The notes beneath the pieces were generated by a model. The model made no database searches. It was given only the letters and a program-made list of their open reading frames with translations, and was not told where the DNA came from. This document shows, in pieces, positions 59,759-64,000 of a stretch of 64,000 nt of DNA (positions within the stretch are counted from its first letter, which is position 1; the number at the start of each line of letters is the position of its first letter). A program made the position numbers and the translations under genes. Origin of the DNA: Gemmatimonadota bacterium (GTDB lineage: Bacteria; Gemmatimonadota; Gemmatimonadetes; Gemmatimonadales; GWC2-71-9); the NCBI GenBank assembly GCA_039591655.1, contig JBDHDE010000006.1:1-64000 (forward strand). Direction: 5' to 3'.

Positions 59759-60948
59759 CTGGGCCTCACGCCCCGCACAAAGAGACCCGACGCCACACTT
59801 TCGCGCGGTGGCTCGGCGACGAAACACTCGCGCTCTAGGGAGCTCCCGCCCGGTGGCGCCGCCGACTGCGGTGACGGTGCCGTGGCGCCGTATGCCGCCA
59901 GGGCGGTCCGCTTGTGCTCCCGCCAGGGCCGCACATCGAGGCAGGCGGCGAGCGACGATGCTGTCGGATCGGCGGCGAAGAACAACGTGGCGGTTGAGCC
60001 CGCTTCGCGCCACGCCTGGCGCACCCAATCGTGCACTATTCCTTCGTCGCTTCCACCGCCCATGACGATTACCTCGGGTGCGATCCGGCGGATGAGCGCG
60101 GTGATGGCCCGAGGGCCCGCGGGGGCGTCTCGCCCGACGGCGCCCAGAGACAGCTCGAGGGCGGTTGCCCCGGCCAGGCCGAGCGCTTCCCGAGCCGGTG
60201 CAAGCTGCGCGGCCCGGGCGGTGACGCAGGCGAGGTGAACCGCCAGGCCGCCGTCGGCGTACCGTGCACACGTTCCGGCCATGTCCCGAACGGCCGCCTC
60301 CGGGCCAGCCGTGACGGCGAGGAGCGGGCCGTTTGCTTCCTCCGCTGCCGCCGCTCGCTCCCGGATGCTGCACCACGCATCCCACGCCGCCCCCTCCAGT
60401 TGCTCGATGGTGCCGCCGTTGTCGACCACGATGTCGCTTCGCCGGCGCTTGTCACCGGGGGGGAGCTGCGCGGCTATCATGCGGTCCGCTTCGTCACCGT
60501 TCAGACCTCGCTGTGCCATGATGCGCTCACGGCGCACCTCCGGCGGCGCGTCAACCAGCACGACGAGATCGAAGACGGACGGATCGAGCGCCTCGAACAG
60601 CAGGGGGATGTCGTTGACGAGGATGAGGTCGCCCCGCTCGACGGCACGGGTAACCAGCTCGCTGCGGTGCCGCCGGACCGCGGGGTGTACGATGGCGTTG
60701 AGGGCGGCCAGGGCGTCTGCGTCGCGCATCACTACGCTGCGCAGCGCATCGCGATCCAGGGCGCCGTCGGGGCGCAGCACACCTCTGCCGAACTGCTCGA
60801 TGATGGCGGCAAGCGCCGGGGTCCCGGGGCGCTGCGCGTCCCGGGCCAACTCGTCGGCGTCGATGACCGTGGCGCCCCAGTCGGCGAAGCAGCCGGCCAC
60901 CGTTGACTTGCCGGAGGCGATGTTGCCGGTGAGCCCCACGTTCAGCAT
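59755..60948 (-). CDS. coaE: Dephospho-CoA kinase fused to a degenerate PIG-L/LmbE-like domain
   Basis: VGLTGNIASGKST, IDAD, LNAIVHP, DIPLLFE, VVDNGG in the first ~200 aa, then a ~190 aa in-frame extension. Confidence 0.9.
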   Translation of the reverse strand: MLNVGLTGNIASGKSTVAGCFADWGATVIDADELARDAQRPGTPALAAIIEQFGRGVLRPDGALDRDALRSVVMRDADALAALNAIVHPAVRRHRSELVTRAVERGDLILVNDIPLLFEALDPSVFDLVVLVDAPPEVRRERIMAQRGLNGDEADRMIAAQLPPGDKRRRSDIVVDNGGTIEQLEGAAWDAWCSIRERAAAAEEANGPLLAVTAGPEAAVRDMAGTCARYADGGLAVHLACVTARAAQLAPAREALGLAGATALELSLGAVGRDAPAGPRAITALIRRIAPEVIVMGGGSDEGIVHDWVRQAWREAGSTATLFFAADPTASSLAACLDVRPWREHKRTALAAYGATAPSPQSAAPPGGSSLERECFVAEPPRESVASGLFVRGVRPS

Positions 60949-60993
60949 GTGCACCTCCCGGTCGCCGCGCGCTCGTGTGGGCGCACCCCAGCC

Positions 60994-61596
60994 CTACAGC
61001 AGTGTGGTCTGATCCTCGTCCACCCTCGGCACCTCGTGACAGTGCCGGCACCGCGCCTCGTAACTCTCGCTGCCTCCCACCAGGATGGTCGGGGAATCGA
61101 ACCGCGCCGGGTGGCCGTCGATGAGCCGCTGGTTGCGGGTGGCGGGGTCCCCGCACCGCACGCAGATGGCGTGTAGCTTGTCGACTACCTCGGCCACGGC
61201 GAGGAGCTGCGGCATGGCGCCGAACGGGTTGCCGCGGAAGTCCGTGTCCGTCCCCGCTACGATCACCCGCGTGCCGTTGCCGGCCAGGCTGGTGCAGACC
61301 TCCACGATGCCGACGTCCAGGAACTGGGCCTCGTCGATTGCGACGACCTCGGACTGGGGTCGCACCAGACGCATCACCTCCGAGGATGAGTCCACCGGCT
61401 GGGCGTCCACCGAGATGCCGTCGTGGGTCGTGACCGAGTACACCCCGTGGCGGTCGTCGAGGTGGGACTTGAAGACCTGCAGGCACTTCCGGGCGATGAC
61501 CGCCCGCCGCACCCGCCGGATGAGCTCCTCGCTCTTGCCGCTAAACATCACTCCGGTAATCACTTCGATCCATCCGGGGTGGGTGCTGTGTTCCAT
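60994..61596 (-). CDS. tdk: Thymidine kinase
   Basis: [20 protein letters not shown], zinc motifs CVRC..CRHC. Confidence 0.96.
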   Translation of the reverse strand: MEHSTHPGWIEVITGVMFSGKSEELIRRVRRAVIARKCLQVFKSHLDDRHGVYSVTTHDGISVDAQPVDSSSEVMRLVRPQSEVVAIDEAQFLDVGIVEVCTSLAGNGTRVIVAGTDTDFRGNPFGAMPQLLAVAEVVDKLHAICVRCGDPATRNQRLIDGHPARFDSPTILVGGSESYEARCRHCHEVPRVDEDQTTLL

Positions 61597-61762
61597 CGGG
61601 CCGGCCCTTCGCTGGGGAGCGGAGACGGTACCGCGGCCGCCGGGAGGGGGCAAGCCGCTTGCCAATATCAGCCGGGCATCCATACTTAGTGCCGGTGGCG
61701 CGCCGCCCAGACGTCGCGCCGATGGACACCTACCTTAATTCTATAGTCAGGGGAGGATAGGC

Positions 61763-62047
61763 GTGAACAAGACAGAGCTGATCGAGGCCGTGGCAGCGAA
61801 CGTAGGGCTCTCGAAAGCGGATGCCGGTCGCGCCGTCGAGGCCGTCTTCGGCGAAGGCGGACTCATCGCGAAGGAGCTGCGGGGCGGCAGCCGGGTCCAG
61901 ATCACGGGCTTCGGCACGTTCGTGGCGCGCAAGCGGGCCGCCCGGACCGGACGCGATCCGCGCACCGGCGGCTCGATCCAGATTGCCGCCGCCACCGTGC
62001 CGGCATTCAAGGCAGGTCAAGGTCTGAAGGACGCCGTCAACAAGTAG
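61763..62047 (+). CDS. hup: HU-family DNA-binding protein
   Basis: NKTELIEAVA, GFGTF, RAARTGRDPRTG, PAFKAG..LKDAV. Confidence 0.95.
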   Translation: MNKTELIEAVAANVGLSKADAGRAVEAVFGEGGLIAKELRGGSRVQITGFGTFVARKRAARTGRDPRTGGSIQIAAATVPAFKAGQGLKDAVNK

Positions 62048-62064
62048 GCCCTCACACAACTGTC

Positions 62065-62121
62065 CCCACCAGTCAGCGATCAGCCGCCGGGCTCACCGGC
62101 CCTAGGCTGATCGCTGGTGGG
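62065..62121. terminator. Long hairpin between convergent genes
   Basis: CAGCGATCAGCC/GGCTGATCGCTG 12-bp core with CCCA/TGGG and CCGG extensions. Confidence 0.55.
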
Positions 62122-62136
62122 TGACGGTCCTCCCAC

Positions 62137-63462
62137 TCAGCGACGGTCGATGCGGGCCGCGACGGCCCGCCCCCGGAGTGTCACGCCTTCCAGCCCCTTG
62201 AGAGCGCGCTCGGCCACCTCCGCGCGCACCTCCACGATCGAGAAGCTCTCCCGGATATCCACGCGCCCGATGTGATCCTTGGGTAGGCCCACCGCGTTGA
62301 GCAGCGCGCCCACCACGTCGCCCGTGCGTAGGCGGTCGCGCCGCCCGGCGTTGACGTGGATGTGGACCCAGGTAGGCAGGCCATCCGCCGCGGCTGCTCC
62401 GGCGCCCTTGGTCTCGGTCAGCCGGAGGGCGGCGGCGGCCACCAGCGCGGGATCGTACTCGTCGAACAGCGGCGTCAGGGTCGCCAGGTCGCCCGCAAAG
62501 TCGGCTGACTCCAGGCGGCCGCGGACCAGGGCGCGGACGTGCGCCTGCCGGTCGCGGGCCCGATCGGCCTCAGAGGGGAGGCGCAGCGGGGCGAGGGGCT
62601 CAGCGATCCGGCGCAGGTAGGCGAGTTGTGTCGCCCGGGGGAGAACCACCACGTCGCGGGCCACCTGATGGAGCGCGGCCAGCGCCTCCGCGCAGGGGAG
62701 CTCGATGGCGAGGGCCACCTCGACGTGCTCCTCCCCTGGGTCGGCGCCGATCCGCACCGTGGGGTCCCCCCGGTACTCCGCCCACCGCAGCTCCGCCAGG
62801 GGTGTGGGATCCCATATCAGGGCCTGGGATGGGTTCAGGCCGTCGAGAGCGGACCGGATGGCCCAGCCCAGGCGCTGGCGATCTACCAGGGCGTAGCGCG
62901 CCCGGCCAACGGGAGCATCCGGGGGGCGGGCCGCAGGGACCACCGGAGCGCGCCGGGCATGGCGCTCGATGAAATCCGCAGCTGGGGCCTCGTCCGCGGT
63001 GGCAACGAGCCGCTGGGCCGATTGGCATTCGCCGAGGATCGTGTCGAGGGACTCGCCAGCGCCGAGCTCGGAGTGCAGCTCGGGCCAGAGGATCGCGACC
63101 CGCGGGAGGGATTCGAGCTTGAGCGTGGAGCGCCCTACGAGCTGCAGGGCGTCTGCCGGAGTGGCGATGAGGGTCCGGACGGCGCCGGTCTTGATGAGGC
63201 GGGAGGCGCGGGCCAGGCCGCTCACCGGGTGAACCGGCCCCAGCGGCTCCGCGGTGTCGACCAAGGGGGCCAGTTCCACGGCTTCCGCCGCCTCCGGGAC
63301 CAGCATGAGGAGGTCTACGCCGGCAGCCTCCGGGGCGGGGAGTTGGCCCAGCAGCGGCAGCACGGCCCACCCCGCCGGCGGGGCGATGTACACGAGATTC
63401 TTGCGGTTGGCCAACGCAGCCCGATGGGCGGCGTCGAACGCCGGCGCAAACGTCCAAGACAC
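62137..63462 (-). CDS. Degenerate DEAD-box helicase-like protein with a C-terminal DbpA RNA-binding domain
   Basis: C-terminal HVNAGRRDRLRTGDVVGALLN..IGRVDIRESFSIVEV (DbpA domain). Remnants of motif Ia (LMLVP) and Ib (LIATP). Confidence 0.8.
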   Translation of the reverse strand: MSWTFAPAFDAAHRAALANRKNLVYIAPPAGWAVLPLLGQLPAPEAAGVDLLMLVPEAAEAVELAPLVDTAEPLGPVHPVSGLARASRLIKTGAVRTLIATPADALQLVGRSTLKLESLPRVAILWPELHSELGAGESLDTILGECQSAQRLVATADEAPAADFIERHARRAPVVPAARPPDAPVGRARYALVDRQRLGWAIRSALDGLNPSQALIWDPTPLAELRWAEYRGDPTVRIGADPGEEHVEVALAIELPCAEALAALHQVARDVVVLPRATQLAYLRRIAEPLAPLRLPSEADRARDRQAHVRALVRGRLESADFAGDLATLTPLFDEYDPALVAAAALRLTETKGAGAAAADGLPTWVHIHVNAGRRDRLRTGDVVGALLNAVGLPKDHIGRVDIRESFSIVEVRAEVAERALKGLEGVTLRGRAVAARIDRR

Positions 63463-63511
63463 GGGATCCCTCGGTTGTCAAAGAAGCCAGAGTGGTTCCG
63501 ACTCTGGGGCG

Positions 63512-63540
63512 ATAGTACCTTGCACCGTGGCTCGCCGCAA
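63512..63540 (-). promoter_or_regulatory. Putative sigma70 promoter of the DbpA-domain gene
   Basis: TTGCGG-17 nt-TACTAT, followed by a leader hairpin CCAGAGT/ACTCTGG. Confidence 0.55.
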
Positions 63541-63614
63541 CCAAGCCGGCCGGGAGGCCCGCGCGGCGGGCGGACGGGCCCGGCGGCTCGCTGTCCCCCG
63601 AACAGGTGACGCCC

Positions 63615-64000
63615 ATGGCCCGCTGGTGGAACCGGCTCCAATCCGTCGTCTACACGCGGCTGCACTGGATCAATGAGCTCTACGCCCGTGCTGCCGGCCG
63701 CGAGGTGGGCGAGATCCCGCTTCCCCCACTCGCCACAGTGAGGAGCCCGCTTCCCGAGGCACGGCTGGCCGTGGTCACCACAGCGGGTGTGCACCTCAGG
63801 ACCCAGGAGCCGTTCGACATGGCGGACGGAGAGGGCGACGCCTCGCTCCGGGTGCTCCCGACCGACGCTGCGCCGGCCGACCTCACGATCACCCACGACT
63901 ACTACGATCACCGCGCCGCCGATCGGGACATCAACTGCGTCTATCCCGTCGAGCGCCTCCGGGAGCTCGTGTCCCGGGGTGAGTTGGGCAGCCTCGCCCC
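63615..64000 (+). CDS. Glycine/sarcosine/betaine/D-proline reductase selenoprotein-B family protein (5' part, runs off the window)
   Basis: My translation: MARWW..PLPEARLAVVTTAGVH..QEPFD..GDASLRVLP..HDYYDH..ADRDINCVYPVERLRELVSRGELGSLA. Confidence 0.8.
   Translation, partial: MARWWNRLQSVVYTRLHWINELYARAAGREVGEIPLPPLATVRSPLPEARLAVVTTAGVHLRTQEPFDMADGEGDASLRVLPTDAAPADLTITHDYYDHRAADRDINCVYPVERLRELVSRGELGSLA

Noticed and set aside
59695..59760. Glycine riboswitch upstream of gcvH
   Set aside because: The leader is only about 30 nt after a clear promoter, and no aptamer motifs are present.

Overview
High-GC bacterial chromosome segment, mostly core genes. Gene content and order suggest Gemmatimonadota (inference only). 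From left to right: the 3' end of a large secreted protein; a small accessory-looking patch (ceramidase-family gene and an excisionase-like HTH gene); a minus-strand tRNA operon; a sigma70 factor; mlaEFD-NUDIX-AraC; an F1-only atpAGDC; three outer-membrane beta-barrel genes; waaA; dnaE-accA-ricT-metG; a peptidase/PorV-like cluster; lipA-pdhABC-lpdA-lipB; thiO; a hybrid histidine kinase; a Na+/solute symporter; an Opp/Dpp ABC system; gcvH-gcvP-lipoate ligase; tdk-coaE; HU; a DEAD-box-like gene; and a partial GrdB/PrdB-family gene. The tRNA operon has five intact tRNAs (Ala-GGC, fMet, Val-GAC, Arg-ACG, Pro-CGG) and two damaged ones. The most unusual signals are there: an Arg-type tRNA missing about 8 nt of its anticodon arm, a free-standing copy of that anticodon stem-loop just upstream of the excisionase-like gene, and a tRNA-Gly remnant split in its T-loop. 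Other notable items are apparent pseudoenzymes (CoaE fused to a dead PIG-L-like domain; a helicase-like protein without Walker A or DEAD), tandem OMP paralogs sharing a promoter/leader motif, and several probable leaderless genes. No CRISPR array, rRNA, transposase or integrase was seen. All family assignments come from motif recognition by eye; no searches were run.
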